64,000 nt of DNA from the NCBI RefSeq assembly GCF_009914755.1, contig NC_060925.1. One strand, 5' to 3'. Made by a program: the position numbers and the translations under genes. Source of the DNA: the human T2T-CHM13v2.0 reference genome, Homo sapiens. The notes beneath the pieces were generated by a model. That model did no database searches and was not told where the DNA came from. It was given only the letters and a program-made list of their open reading frames with translations. This document shows, one piece after another, positions 31,691 through 48,015 of the stretch (its first letter is position 1; the number at the start of each line of letters is the position of its first letter).

Positions 31691-32226
31691 GAAGGTGACC
31701 TGGAAGCTGCCACGATGATCTGACTGGTGCTCCTCACACTGTCATGAGCTGTAGAATCTAGCCTGGGAATTTGCTAGAAAATCAGATTCTAGTTGCTACT
31801 GAGAGATCATGATACTGAAGTGTATTAATCAGGGAAGGCTAAACTATTATAACAAATGGGTCCCCCTTCCTCTGGGGTAAGGTGTCCAAGCTAGCATTTT
31901 CATCATGTTCTAGAACAGATTCTTAGCAGAGCATCTGGGGCCCTGACTGCTCAGAGAGCTGCTGCTATAGTTTTGTGCATATGCATACGCATATCCCTAC
32001 CTTGACTGAAAACTTCCTGGGGACAGGAGCTGTCTGGTAACCCACTCTCCTCCACTCCCATAATACAATAGGGCGCAGACTTTGCATGTGACCGGCACTG
32101 AATAAAGCTGGCTAGGAGGGCAGGGTGGAAATGCATGGTGATTAAGTGCTTATTTATGTGCCAGGAATTGTGTGATAATAATTTACGTGGATTAATTCAT
32201 TTAATCTTAACTCCAAGCCTTTGTAG

Positions 32227-32515
<289 letters not shown>

Positions 32516-33731
32516 TGAGGAAGGGGTGACACAGGTAAGTGAATGGCAGAAGGGTTTGAACCCCAGCAGTCTGGCCCCAGAGCTGGTCTCTAACCAGTAA
32601 GCGGTACTGCCTGCCATCAAGCCCTCCTGTTTGGTGTTGGCTGCAATGGGGTACATTTTCTCCCAGCTGTGACAGAGTGTAGAGCACTGGCTTCGGAGTC
32701 AGAAAGTCTATATTCAAATCCCTGTGCCCACGCACTAGCTGTGTGATTTGGGGAAAGTTGTTTAACAACTTGAGGCCTCGGACTGTTCATTGGGAATATG
32801 ATGATGATAGCAGTATTGCCACAGGGTTAGTGTGGAACTGTGTATGGTATTATATGTAAAAGTGCAGGCTGGAAATTACTAGTACATGTCAGGTTTTAGT
32901 TTTATTGGTATCATCATTATCTTGAGAAACCAAACTGTGGATCTCCTAGGACTAACCAGAAGAGCTGCCAGAGGCCTGCGGATTGCAGCAAATCCAACAG
33001 GCCCTGCTTCAACCAGAACAGGTATTCTGTATACTCTTACTTATTGATGTTTCTGCATGAAACTCGGTTTGGTAAGTTTCACTGTGAAACAGTGAAACCC
33101 TTGGGTAGCTGATCCCTTAAGTCCTTCCAGAGCTGACAGGCTCAGTTGTGGGGTGGGGGAATCCACTCCCCCAGTTCTACCTACTTCTCTTGGACCTCCT
33201 CTCTGGGCTCCCTACCTGCTCTCCCTCTTCTGTTGCCCTGATCAGGCCCTTGAGTCCCAACAGCCTGAGGGCTGCATTTTTTAAACCAGACTCTAGGATG
33301 CCTGCCTGTATGTGGGCAGGGCACCTGGGGTGTGCCTGGGGTGTGTCTGGGGTAGCCCTCCGCCAGGAAGCGTCTCTCGTCTGCTTCCTCTGTGGACTGG
33401 GCCAGAGCTGGCCTTGCTGTCAGGCGGGAGGGAATTGCCCTGTGTGCCTCTCACAACATGTACCCCAGCCACAGTCCTCCCAGCTCTGGGTAGTAGGCAG
33501 CTGGCAGTATGTCACACATCTGAGGTCAGCTTTGGAAATATAAACTTACACAAAGTCAGCTGTGGATGAGCATTTGTGGGAAGGTGGGGCACCGCTAGAA
33601 TGATGTTGACCTTTGGTAGCTAAAAGTCACCAAAAGGTCATGCCACGGTTTCTAAATACTCATTGGCATTTCTGTTCTGTAGCCCGTCTAGGGTGGTCTC
33701 AGGTTTCTCCCCTTTCTTCAGAGTACCCTGA

Positions 33732-34607
<876 letters not shown>

Positions 34608-35642
34608 TCTTTGTACCTTCTTTGTAAGCAAGGAGGATGGTCAGGAAGGGGGAAGGGGGAGAGAAGTGTGAGTCTGAGATGACAGCCCCATAGCTCCATG
34701 CAGTGGGCACACCCACCCCCATTTGGGAATGTAGTTGAGGTGGCAGTAGGTAGCCTTTCCAATGAGGAGAAGCCTTTCCAATGAGGAGAAGTTCTTGAGC
34801 TGAGTCAAGAACAAAGGGCAGAAGGCTGACCTAGCTTTGGGGAACCCTGCAGGAGTGGAATGCTGACAAGGAGCCACCAAGAGGTGTGGTTCAGAGCTGG
34901 GAGGAGAACCAACAAACACAGAACCCTAGGGCCAAGGGATCAGGGAGTTTCAAGAAGGAAGTGCCAAATGTCACATAAAGGGCAGGAGGGCAGTGATTTA
35001 GGAGAGACTAGTCAGCAAATGTGATGATGTGATTACAGTTTAGATCATCAAACTAACATAATATGCTTTCCCAGGCTGTATATGGCCTCATATACCACAT
35101 GCCCAGATGATTTGGGCCTGCCGACTTATTCCAGGTAGAGTACAGATAAGCTTGGGAGGGCCAGGGAGGCTTCAGAGAGGCACTGATGGGATCTGATAAA
35201 GGACACAGGTCTGTGGGTGCCACCTGGAAGGTGTGTTTCCATCGGGCATTGCTCTGGAGCTGGGAATGGGAAGGAGAGAGGGGAGAAAGAGGTTGATGGG
35301 GCATTGCCGGGCTGAGGATGGAGAATGGGCCAGAGCTCTAGGGGGTGGGGAATTTGGGCCCATGTGCTGCATTTTTGTTTCCTCATCAGTGTCTGCCTAT
35401 GGTAGGTTCCCAGCAAAGAAATGATTTACAAAAAGTGACTGAATCAATAAATGTTTAGCGCGAGATAGTCCAGTGTAACCATGAATTCAAAATTGGGTGA
35501 AATGAGAAGGCAAATAGCATGTCAGGCAGTCAGGTTATCTCAGAGTGGGGGACATTGATGGAGAGACTCAGGGGCAAGTGCTTATTAATAATAGCCCTTA
35601 TGACACCTCTGTGTACTACCACTATAAGTTCTTCATGCATAG

Positions 35643-35840
35643 AGGGGTCAGCAAACTTCTTCTGTAAAGAACCAGGTAGTAACTGTGTATTTGAGGCCTT
35701 GTGGGCCATATGGTCTGTGGGGCAACTGCTCAGCTCCTCTGTGGTAGCACATAAACAACCATAGACAATATGTAAATGAATGAACATGGCTGTGTTCTAA
35801 TAAAACTTTATTTACAAAACATGTGATGGGCCAACCCCTG
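35643..35840. mobile_element. MER58A-like hAT element
   Basis: aggggtcagcaaacttcttctgtaaag...taataaaactttatttacaaaac. Confidence 0.75.
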
Positions 35841-35959
35841 ATGTATATAGTATTGACGTATTTAATCTTAAGAAGTTCTATGTGGTAACTACTGTTATTA
35901 TCACCATTTTATTTTGTTTTTTGATATATTTTTCTTTTTTTTGAATTGTGATAAGTCCT

Positions 35960-36760
35960 ACTTTTTTATTTTTATGGGTGTGTATTAGGTGTATATTGGC
36001 TACATGAGATATTTTGATATGGGCATACAATGCATAATAATCACATCAGGGTAAATGGGGTATCCATTATCTCAAGCATGTATCATTTCTTTGTGTTACA
36101 ATCATCCCAATTCTTTTAGTTATTTTTAAATGTACAATAAATTATTGTTGACTATAGTCACCCTGTTATCAAATACTAGATTGTATTCTATACGATTATT
36201 CTGACTATATTTTTGTACTCATTAATCATCCCCACTTCCTCTACCCAACACTTCCCCCACCCCACAACTACCCTTCCCAGCCTCTAGTAACCATCCTTCT
36301 ACTCTCTGTCTCCATAAGTTCAATTGTTTTAATTTTTAGCTCCCACAAACAAGAACATGTGAAGCTTGTCTTTCTGTGCCTGGCTTATTTCACTTAACAT
36401 AATGTCCTCTAGTTCCATCTATGTTGTTGCAAGTGATAGGATCTTGTTCTTTTCTATGACTGAATATTGTGTATAGGTACCACATGTTCTGTATCCATTC
36501 ATCTGTTGATAGATGCTTAGGTTGCTTCCAAATCTTGGTTCTTCAGTGTTGCAGTAAACATGAGAGGGCAGATGTGTCTTCAATATTCTGATTTCCTTTC
36601 TTTTGAATATATACCTAGCAGTGGGATTGCTGGATCATATGTAGTTCTGTGTTTAGTTTTCTGAGGAACCTCCATACCGTTCTTCATAGTGGCTGTACTA
36701 ATTTACATTCCTACCAACAGTGTATGAGGGTTCCCTTTACTCCATGTCCTGTCCAGCATT
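35960..36760 (-). mobile_element. L1MA-type 3' end inserted in a MIR
   Basis: Reverse L1 3'UTR/ORF2 end (tggcttatttcacttaacataatgtcctc...gggattgctggatcatatg...aatttacattcctaccaacagtg). Confidence 0.85.
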
Positions 36761-38359
36761 TCATTATCATCGTTTTACAGATGAGGAAACGGAGAAACAT
36801 AGCGACTAAGTAATTTGCCTGAGGTCACGTGGCTATGAAGGGGTATGGGCAGGATATGAATCCAGGCAAGTCTACTCCAGAGTTCATGCTGGTAATTGTC
36901 ATGCCATGCTGACTCTTGGAACCTTGGAGGGGCAGGGAGGAACCCCAGCTCTTCATCCCCTGAGGGCCTCCACCACTACCTGGCAGTAGGAGCTCACTAG
37001 GCCTCCATTTCCTCATTTTAAAAAAAGGGGAATAATGATAATATATATATCATATCATATATCACCCTGTCTCCTACGCTGGAGTGCAGTTGTGCCATCA
37101 TAGCTCACTGTAGCCTTGACCTCCTGGGCTCAAGCAATCCTCCCACCTCAGCCTCCGGAATGGCTGGGATTACAGGTTTGAGCCACCACACCTGGCTGAG
37201 GGGTTAAAATGAGCTAATGCATATAATTAGCTGTCTCTGTGCTTCGACATAGCCTCAGTACTTGTAATCCTAACCCATATCTGACTCCAGCCTTAGGCTC
37301 CATTCACTTCTTTTAATACCCTTCTCTTGCCCTCTGCCTCAATCGGAACTCTCCTAGATTGTCTTCACGGCCCTTTCTCACTGTGGCCTCACAGTGACTC
37401 GGAGTTTCCACACTGATTATTGAGTCATCTGAGTTATTGGGTACTCTGGCCTGGGGACTAATGGGAGCTCGAGGAACTGTCCCTAGGTAGCAGTGGGGAC
37501 TGTTACAGAGCTGGAGCCAAGGGTGGGGGCTTCCTAGTGGAGAACAAGGCTTCCTAGTGGAGAAAGCTGCTGTGTGGGAAGATCAGTAGAGCTTTCTTTG
37601 TTATTTTTTCCTCTTGGTCTGGTTTCTGAGAGCAAATCTAAAGGTCTCCTGGATACCTTAAAAGTACCACCTGGAGTCAGGTAGACTCTACATGGTTCTG
37701 AGGAGAAGAGTTCCACTAAAGGCATCTCTGTAAGTGGGACTGACTTGAGGCAGCAGCAGCTTTCGTCAGGCCAGCATGGGTGTGCAGCCTGGAGGGTTGG
37801 GGGAAGAGGGATGCCCTTCAGCCTTTGCACTCCCATCTACTCACTGTCAGTGCTTGCTGTACCGCCAGGAGAATGGGGAACCAGAGGTTTCCTGACAACT
37901 TGGAGAGAAGTCACAGTTCTCTTTAAAGTAATTAAAATTATACTCACATCATTGTTTGTCCTGTTCCCAAGACAACTTCCTTCTGTGAAGACATAAGGAA
38001 AAGCAAAGAAAACATACCCTTATCTCTGCCTCTAAGACATCAAAGCCAGTCATCCTGGGGCAAGAACAGTGCGTCGGTGGACTGTGGTCACATGTTGTCT
38101 GGTTGTCGTGGTGTCACCTGGTCTCTGCATGAGCTCCCAGCCACATTAGGTGTAATGGAAAATGGCCTTATTGGTTCTCCCTTTCTCCAAGGCCTTCGTC
38201 TTTGACCTGCCTGGTTAAAGGGGTTTCTTCTTCAGTTTTTGAGGGAAGGCCTCTTTAGGCCATCACAGACAGAAGCTTTGGAAAAACTGTGAGACCATTT
38301 CAGTTCTCCTTTGTGCCAGGAGGATAGCCTAACAGATAAAGTGCTTTCTCCTCCTTCGT

Positions 38360-38965
<606 letters not shown>

Positions 38966-41353
38966 CTGCGCTCCCCCCCCCTCCTTTTTTTTTGCTTCCT
39001 GGTAGTAACTGTTCTTCCTGGAAGAGCAGAATCACAGGATTCAACGCCAGCCATGACCTTGAGAGAGAACTGCCGATCCTAGCAGGAGAGCATCTGGAAC
39101 CCACCGAGGGCATGGATTCCAGAGACCCGTTGGGTCACTGCATCTTGGGATTGAACATTTTAACTTTTCTTTATCACCAGCCACAGTCTCTCCTCTTTAA
39201 GCCCAGGACCCATTGGTGGGCCTTGGGTGGGTTTGGGGAATAACATATTTGTATCCTTCCCATGCTGCTCAAGTGGGTATTAGGCAGTTGACCAACACTG
39301 CCAGCAAGACCTGAGCAGAGCTGAGAAATGGACAGTTTGCCTTCTGGCAGCCTGTCCACAGAGAGAGGGGCCATCTGGTGTCATTAGAGCCATGGAGGAG
39401 CACCAGTCACTGTTGAGATGCTGCCCAGCACCCAGGGATCGGGGAGAGATCCCCTGGCTTGCCCCTCTTCCCACTCTTCCCATCCCAGTGCCTCTCATTG
39501 GCTGAACCTAACCAGAAGCCAGGGAGCCTGGAAAACAGTTTGCGGCATCAAATTTCACCCTACCTCATGCTGCAGAGCTAAGCAGAGCAAGAGTAGGGGG
39601 TGGATCTGGGCAAACAGGCAAATGACTGGCATGTTCCCTTAATTCCACTTCAGCTACAGTTAATTGCTAACCATTCTAGAACTTTTGTGATAGCAGGAAA
39701 TTCTTTAACCTCCTTCATCTAGAAAATGCCTCCTCTTTCTTCAAGACCAGCTGAGATGATTTCTTCTCTGTGAAATCAGCACAGACACCTCAGAAATTGT
39801 TAGCTACCCCTCACCTAGGCTGTACCAGTTCTTTGTCGAAATCTCTGTTTGTGGTACTTGCCAGTGGGATATTGTAATTGATCATTTTTGTGCCTTATTT
39901 CTTCTGTCCTTGGAGGGACTCAAGGGCAGATGCAACGTCACAGCCTCTGCATTCTCAGGACCTAACCCAGGATCAGTGCAGGGATGTGCAGATGAGTGGG
40001 CTGTGGGGTGTCCTGCTCACGGTTTCATGGATGGTGAGTGGCAGAGCAGAGACAGAGGTCTCTGGTCCTGTGCCCTTTTCACTCTGGGATTTTATCTGTA
40101 GTAATCAGTAATTCCCCAAGAATCAGAACTTGAAAACCCTGAAGACAAATTTTGTGGACTTATGTCTTATGCACTATAACATAATATATTTAAAAATTCC
40201 CCAGTTTTTCAAATCTTCATTAATCCAAACTGGATGTTGGCAGGGGTATGGAGGTGGTATGGATAGACAGAGCAGGATCTACCTTTCTTTGTTAAACCTT
40301 AAACTCTGCAAAATACATATCTTTTTTGTTATAACTGAAGGCTAAGCTCACGTTGCTTCAGAATGTGAGAATATTTGTCATATGTTCTCCAGAAATGAAT
40401 CCGTAGAGATACGTAAGTAAAGAATGTAAATGGTGGCATCCACAGCTTTCCTTTGGAATTCCTAAAAAATTCTCATGGAAAAGATGCATCAATTTATGAA
40501 ACAAGAAGATGGCATTTCAAAGAAACTCAACAAGAGTTCTTAGGGAATAGATGGGATGTGACTTTCTTTTGTCTCTTTTGGCTTGAGTTAACAACTCTTC
40601 AGTAGGAGTACCACACTGTACATCCCATTGATGGCAAGAATACGAATGCCATTGACTGCAGAAAGGTGATATATAAGCTCTATTTTTAGCAGTTTTGATA
40701 TGTTTTTTTTTTCCTGACTTGCAAGAACTGAGCTGCTTTGTTGTTCCTGTTACGTAAGCTGTTATACACAGAGGGGAAAGATTTTAATAAAATGGAGTGC
40801 TTACTCATTTCCACTAAATAGCTGCCTGGGAATGACAGAATACCAGCTGAAAGTATCTAATTAATTAGATAAATATATTTGTTAGGTAAAGAAGCATAGC
40901 CTTTCTAGTTCTGCTGTTGGGCTCTCTCATGTCAGTGAACAAAGTGGGTCCAGGCTTGAGGAAGCTTCAGAAGGAGACGGATCCTGCCCTGGGAGGCATC
41001 ACAGCTCTGTTTATATACTAGAACCTCACCCAGAAAGACACCTCAAGTCCACATCTCATGGCCGAACATAAATGCTTATTTTTCTACAATGTGTTATGAG
41101 ATTAAAAACCCAATTTCATAAAAACAAATAGTGGACAAGACAATAACCGATTAGAGAGTGAACAAGGTCAGTGAATGACTTAGGCCTGTTGAATAGGTCT
41201 GGGAAATACACACATGGATGGGGAGAGGAAGGATGGGGCATTCAGTCCTCTGCTGGCTGTTCAGCAGGAGCAAGGAGACTGTGAGAGTCACATGTGCTGT
41301 GTCTGCCAGGACAAAGCTGACAAGACATGGGCCCACACAGCCATCTAATAGAG

Positions 41354-43275
41354 CAGTGGTTTCCAAAGTGTGCTTCAAGGGCCCCTGGGGTGCTGGAGCA
41401 GCTCTTACTAGGAAGTCACTTAATGGACTCTTACTTCAGGTGAGTTCAGGTAAGAGCCAATTGTGTGCATCTCTTTCCCAGTTCCAGTTCAGTGACCTTT
41501 TTCATTGTTACCTTGAAATTAGCCATAGTGGAAGTGTTTAACCACAGAAATCGGCAAATGCTACAAGCTGGAGCTTTCCCCCAGTTGAGCAGATTATTAA
41601 ATGTTTACTAGCACAGCACTGCTTGGGGCTCCCTGACACACTTTCAGGGGATCTGCATGGTCAAAACTATTTTCATAATAGTACTGACATCGTTTGCCAT
41701 TTGTACTCTCCTTTTACAAATGCACAGAGATGTTTTCCTGAAGCTAAATGATATATGATATGCAACAGACTGAATGTAGGAGCAGACATGAGAATCCAGC
41801 TATCTTCTATTAAGCAACACATTAAAGAGATGTGCAAACATGTAAAATGGTGGCACTCTTCTCACTAATTCTTTTGTTTTGGAAAATGGTTATTTTTCAT
41901 AAAAATATTTGTATTAACATATAATTGGCTTATTATCTTGAAGTAAATACTTTTAAAATTCCTCAATTTGACTCTCAAGTATGGTAAATATGAATAGATA
42001 TAATTTGCGTAAACAAAAACTCTTAGGGGTCCTCCATTAAAAAAAGACAAGATTTTCTTTTAGAGCAGTTTTAGGTTCACAGCAAAATTGAATGGAAGTC
42101 TGTTTATCCATTCTTTCTTTCACGGATTGTGCCCTTGGTGTTGTACCTAAAAAGTCATTGTCAAACTCAAGATCCTCTAGATTTTATCCTGTGTTATCTA
42201 GTAGGAGTTTTATAGTTTTGCATTTTACATTCATGTCTGTGATCCATTCTGAGTTAATTTTTGTGAAGGGTGTCAGGTCTGTGTCTAGCTTCATTTTCTG
42301 TTGTAGATGTCCAGTTGTCCCAGCACCATTTGTTGAAAAGATTATCTTTGCATCATTGTTTTGCCTTTGGCCTTTTGCCAAGGGTCAGTTGACTATATTT
42401 ATGTGGATCTATTTCTGGGCTCTTTATTCTCTATATTCTTTATAATCAAGTATAATAAGTTTTGAAGTTGGGTAGTGTCCATCCTATGGATCTTTGGCTC
42501 CTCAAGTTTTAAGAGTGTTATCTTAGACCAGGTGCTGTGGCTCATACCTATAGTAATCCCATTGCTTTGGGAGGCTGAGCTGAAAGGATTGCTTGTGGCC
42601 AGGAGTTCAAGACCAGGCTGGGCAACATAGTGAGACTCTGTCTCTAAAAAAAAAAAAAAAAAAAAAAAAATTAGCCAGGCGTGGTGGCACGCACCTGTAG
42701 TCCTAACTACTGGGGAGGTTTAGGTGGAAGGATCACTTGAGCCCAGGAGTTGGAGGTTACAGTGAGCCATGGTTACACCACTGCACTCCAGCCTGGGCTA
42801 CAGAGTGAGACCCTGTCTCTGAAAAGAAAGAAAAAACAAGAGTGTTATCTTAGTCTGTTTGTGTTGCCATCACAAAATACCTCAGACTGGGTAATTTATA
42901 AAGAACAAAAATGTATTTCTCACAGTTCTGAAGGCTGAGAAGTCCACAATCAAGACACCAGCAGATTCCGTGTCTGGTGAGGGCTCACTTTCTGCTCCCA
43001 AGATGGCAGCTTATTGCTGCATCCTCCAGAGATGAACTCTGTCCTTACATGGGGAAAGTTGGAAGGGCAAAATAACCTAGCTAGTTCCTTTGAGCCCATT
43101 TTAAGGTCACTGGTCCCATCCGTGGATACAAAGCCCTCATGACTTAATCACCTCCTAAAGGTCCCACCTCTTAATACTATCACACTGGACCTTAGGTTTC
43201 AATATACGAATTTTGGGGGGGACACATACATTCAAATCATAGGGGGTCCAGAGACCGAAAAGTTGGAGAACTACT
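41354..43275. mobile_element. Charlie1a-like hAT element with nested MER63-like (~41390-41620), L1 fragment (~42050-42480), AluJ (42527-42838) and MaLR LTR (~42846-43242)
   Basis: Starts cagtggtttccaaagtgtg and ends ggggtccagagaccgaaaagttggagaactactg; Charlie1-like body at 41625-42040. Confidence 0.7.
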
Positions 43276-44292
43276 GTTGTAGCAAAAGATGGACATACAC
43301 ACAGATGAGTGCCATAGATTCTTGTGTTAGGGAGAGTGCAGAGTGTAGTGGAGGGAACCTGAACTGAGTTTTGTACATCCTACTGCCTTATTCTGGGGAC
43401 TGAATGAGCCTGTTGCTTTAGGATACATCTCTGAGAGTCCAAATTTAGATACTGTGTGACAGACTTGGGCCTGGCCTCAGAAGAGAATCTCAGAAGGACA
43501 TAGAATATGACATCAGGGCACAGGATGCGAAGTGCCAACCTCCGCAGGAATGAGGGAACACAAGGCAGAGCAGGGCAGTTTGAAAGTGGTTCTTCCAGTT
43601 CTCTGAGAGAAAGGTGGGGCTTGGTTATTAGGGCTGTGCATGTAAATAAAATGTTTTGCCTCTTCATCTTCAGAATTAAAACTTTTGTTAAATCCCAAGA
43701 GTCAACCATGTTACAGGAGGGAACATTTGTATCTTATACTGCTTACCTACCACCCTTGAAGTTTTGCAGGAAACACTAGGGAAAAGGTGGAGCTTTGGTC
43801 TCAAACCCCAGGCTTTTTTTTTTTTCTTTCTTTTTTTTTTTTGAGACAGGGTCTCTCGCCCTGTCACCCGGGCTGGAGTGCAGTGGCATAATCATGACTC
43901 GCTGTGGCCTCCACCTCCCAGGCTCAAGTGATCCCCCCTGCCTCAGCCTCCCAGGTAGCTTGTGCGAAGGCCCTGTGGCATAGAGTGTGGTGTATTAGAA
44001 GAACAAAAACAAAAACAAAAACAAAAACCCTGTGTGGCTGGAGTACGGAAAGCCAGGAAAGAGAGGTCCAGGATGGTGCTGTACTGGGGAGGATACAGTC
44101 TTGAGCCTGCTTAGCATTGTGGACTTTCTCTCAGAACCTGGGAAGCCACTAAAAGATGAAGGGAGATAACCTAACATTGTACTTGACATTTTGAAAGTCT
44201 CATCCTGGCTATAGTATGGAGAGTAGATTGGAGAAGAAAGCAATTAATGAACTCATATTTAGTTCAGGTGAGAAATGATGTGGCTTGGTACT

Positions 44293-45095
<803 letters not shown>

Positions 45096-45588
45096 GCAGT
45101 GATAGATACTGTGAGTAATATATTTGTGTGCAAGGAGTCATTGCCAAACTCAAGATCATCTAGATTTTATCCTATGTTATCTAGTAGGAGTTTTATAGCT
45201 TTGCATTTTATGTTTATGTCTGTGATCCATTCTGAGTTCATTTTTGTGAAGGGTGTCAGGTCTGTGTCTAGCTTCGTTTTCTGATGTGATGTCCAGTTGT
45301 CCCAGCACCATTTGTTGAAAAGACTTATCTTTGCATAATTGTTTTGCCCTTTCTCCTTTGTCAAAGGTCAGTTGACTGTATTTATGTGGGTCTATTTCTG
45401 GGTTGTCTATTCTGTTCCCTGGATCTATTTGTCTGTTCTTTTGATAGTACTACACTGTCTTGATTACTGTAGCTTTATAATAAGTTTTGAAGTTGAGTAG
45501 TGTTAGTCCTCCAGCTTTGTTCTTCTCCTTCAATATTGTGTTGCTGTGTTGGGTCCTTGGCTCCACAGGTTTTAACAGTGTTATCTTA

Positions 45589-46248
45589 GGCCAGGTGTGG
45601 TGGCTTACCCAGTACTTTGGGAGGCTGAGCCACAAAGATCACTTGTGTCCAGGAGTTCAAGACCAGGCTGGGCAGCATAGTGAGACCCTGTCTGTGGTAG
45701 TCCGTTTTCATGCTGCTGATAAAGACATACCCAAGACTGGGCAATTTATAAAAAAGAGAGGTTTAATGGACTTACAGTTCCATGTGGCTGCAGACGCCTC
45801 ACAATCATGGCAGAAGGCAAGGAGGAGCAAGTCACGTCTTACATGGATGGCAGTAGGCAAAATGAGAGAGAGCTTGTGCAGGGAAACTCCACCTTATAAA
45901 GCCATCAGATCTCATGAGACTTATTCACATGAGAACAGCACAGGAAAGACCATGATTATATTACCTCCCACTGGGTCCCTCCCACAATATGTGGGAATTC
46001 AAGAGGAGACTTGGGTGGGGACACAGCCAAACCATGTCACTGTCTCTAAAAAAAAAAAAAAAAAAAAGTTTTTTTTTTTTTTTAATTGGCCTGGTGTGGT
46101 GGTGTGTGCCTGTAGTGCCTGTAGTCCCAGCTACTGGGGAGGGATCAGTTGAGCCCAGGAATTGGAGATTACAGTGAGCCATGATCACACCACTGGCCTC
46201 CAGCCTGGGCTACAGAGTGAGACCTTGTCTCTGAAAAAAAGAAAAAAA
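45589..46248 (+). mobile_element. AluJ interrupted by a THE1 LTR
   Basis: Left arm 45589-45692; remainder 46040-46248. Confidence 0.85.
45693..46039 (-). mobile_element. THE1B-like MaLR solo LTR
   Basis: tg...gctgctgataaagacataccc...ggggacacagccaaaccatgtca; perfect 5-bp TSD CTGTC (45688-45692 and 46040-46044). Confidence 0.92.
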
Positions 46249-46845
46249 GTATTAGTCTGTTTGTGCTGACGTAACAAAATACCTCAGACTGGGTAGTTTA
46301 TAAAGAACAGAAATTTATTTCTCATAGTTCTGGAGGCTGGGAAGTCCAAGTTCAAGACACCAGCATGTTCAATGTCTGGTAAACGCTTGCTCTGTGCTTC
46401 CAAGATGGTGAGAAATATATTTGTCTGCTTCTAAAAATTTTAACAAAACCTGTGTTTCCATTCTCTCATTGAGTGGAAGAAAAATTCCTAACAGTTTACT
46501 TATAATGTAATTAACACACCTGGCTATATTTTGTCCAAGCATATGGCCAAACTGACAGGGTAATTTAGCACCCTGTAAAAGACTGATGGACAAAGAACTG
46601 AATCTCGTAGAATCTTGCTAGAAGTCATCTGGTCCAGCCTCTAACCTGAGCACCCCAAAGACATTGCACCTTTGCCGGAGCCCCCTAGTGGCAGGAGGTT
46701 GTCACTGTTGTTTCAGAGTCACAACAGAATGACCATGTGAATGATGTACACTAATTATGAGACAAATAACCAAAGCATCTGATGGCTGTGGTTGTTTCAG
46801 TGTTTGCACACTTAATTTTCCCTCTCCTCCCCTGACCTCTGCAGA

Positions 46846-47063
46846 ATGGCTTATTCAGAAGAGCATAAAGGTATGCCCTGTGGTTTCATCCGCCAGAATT
46901 CCGGCAACTCCATTTCCTTGGACTTTGAGCCCAGTATAGAGTACCAGTTTGTGGAGCGGTTGGAAGAGCGCTACAAATGTGCCTTCTGCCACTCGGTGCT
47001 TCACAACCCCCACCAGACAGGATGTGGGCACCGCTTCTGCCAGCACTGCATCCTGTCCCTGAG
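46846..47063 (+). CDS. TRAF5: TRAF5 exon 2 (exon starts 46845; ATG at 46846; RING finger N-part)
   Basis: Acceptor cctctgcag|A and donor GAG|gtgagt. MAYSEEHKGMPCGFIRQNSGNSISLDFEPSIEYQFVERLEERYKCAFCHSVLHNPHQTGCGHRFCQHCILSL(R) contains a C3HC4 RING. Confidence 0.97.
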
Positions 47064-48015
47064 GTGAGTGGGCAGGGCCTGCAACTCTGGCCATGGCAGT
47101 CCTAGCATCCAGGTGGCAACTGTGGCCACTCAACTGTTTTCATGGGTTTTGGAGTTGTTTTACTTGGCCACAGAACCATGACTGTAAGGAAGGACTCTCC
47201 CAGATCCCCTCTGTGAGGGCCTGAAGAATAATCATTTTTTGGTCACTAATTTACAGATATTTACCTTTTCTTAAAATTCAGACTGTACCTGCTTTGCATG
47301 GGACAGCAGACCTAGACACACACTCCATCATGGGAGCTGGCTGTGGAGAAGGGCTTGAATCTCACAATGTCTGTGTTGTAGTCACCCCAATCTTCCCTTG
47401 CCTTGAGGCAGAGGTGCTGTGGCACCTAGAAGGGACCTTGCTGCCATGGATGCTGTCCACTCCTGGGCAGCTGTAAGACCTGGGTCATACTGTGTTGAGG
47501 GAGGATACCAGGAGAGATGTGGAAGCAGGTACACTTTGGGGGGTTATATAGGAAGCAAGGCAGTCATTTTACCCTGCCAAGCTTTGAAAGGGGGTTATTA
47601 CAGCACATCCTCATTCCCTCATGTGTTTGTGCCTTCAGCACCTGTGTGTTCTGTGCTGTCATGCTGAAGAGCTACAATGTGGAACAGGACCCCATGTCTG
47701 CCCTCTAGAATGTCCCAGTCTAGAGGAGACAAATGTGGCACAGCGTGATAAACAAAGGACAGGGGGCATTCAGCTCTGTCCAGGGACTCACTGACTGCAT
47801 CCCAGAGGTTGCATGAAGTTTTTCAGGCAAACTGAAAGAACAGGAAGGTGCTGAAGGAGGGGTACAGGAGGCACCTTCTGGGTAGAGGGAACAGCATGTG
47901 CAGACAGGGACCAGCCTGCCCAGGGCTAGAGCATGGCTGGAGCCCTGGGGCTGGTCTTGGAAATGCTGTTGAGGTAAACAACTAACTCTGGCTCCATTTT
48001 AATTTTTTTCTCCAG

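Noticed and set aside
45487-46152. Longest ORF in the track (221 aa)
   Set aside because: It is a chance read-through of L1, AluJ, THE1 LTR and poly-A/T (KKKKKKFFFFF), with a non-ATG start and no domain.
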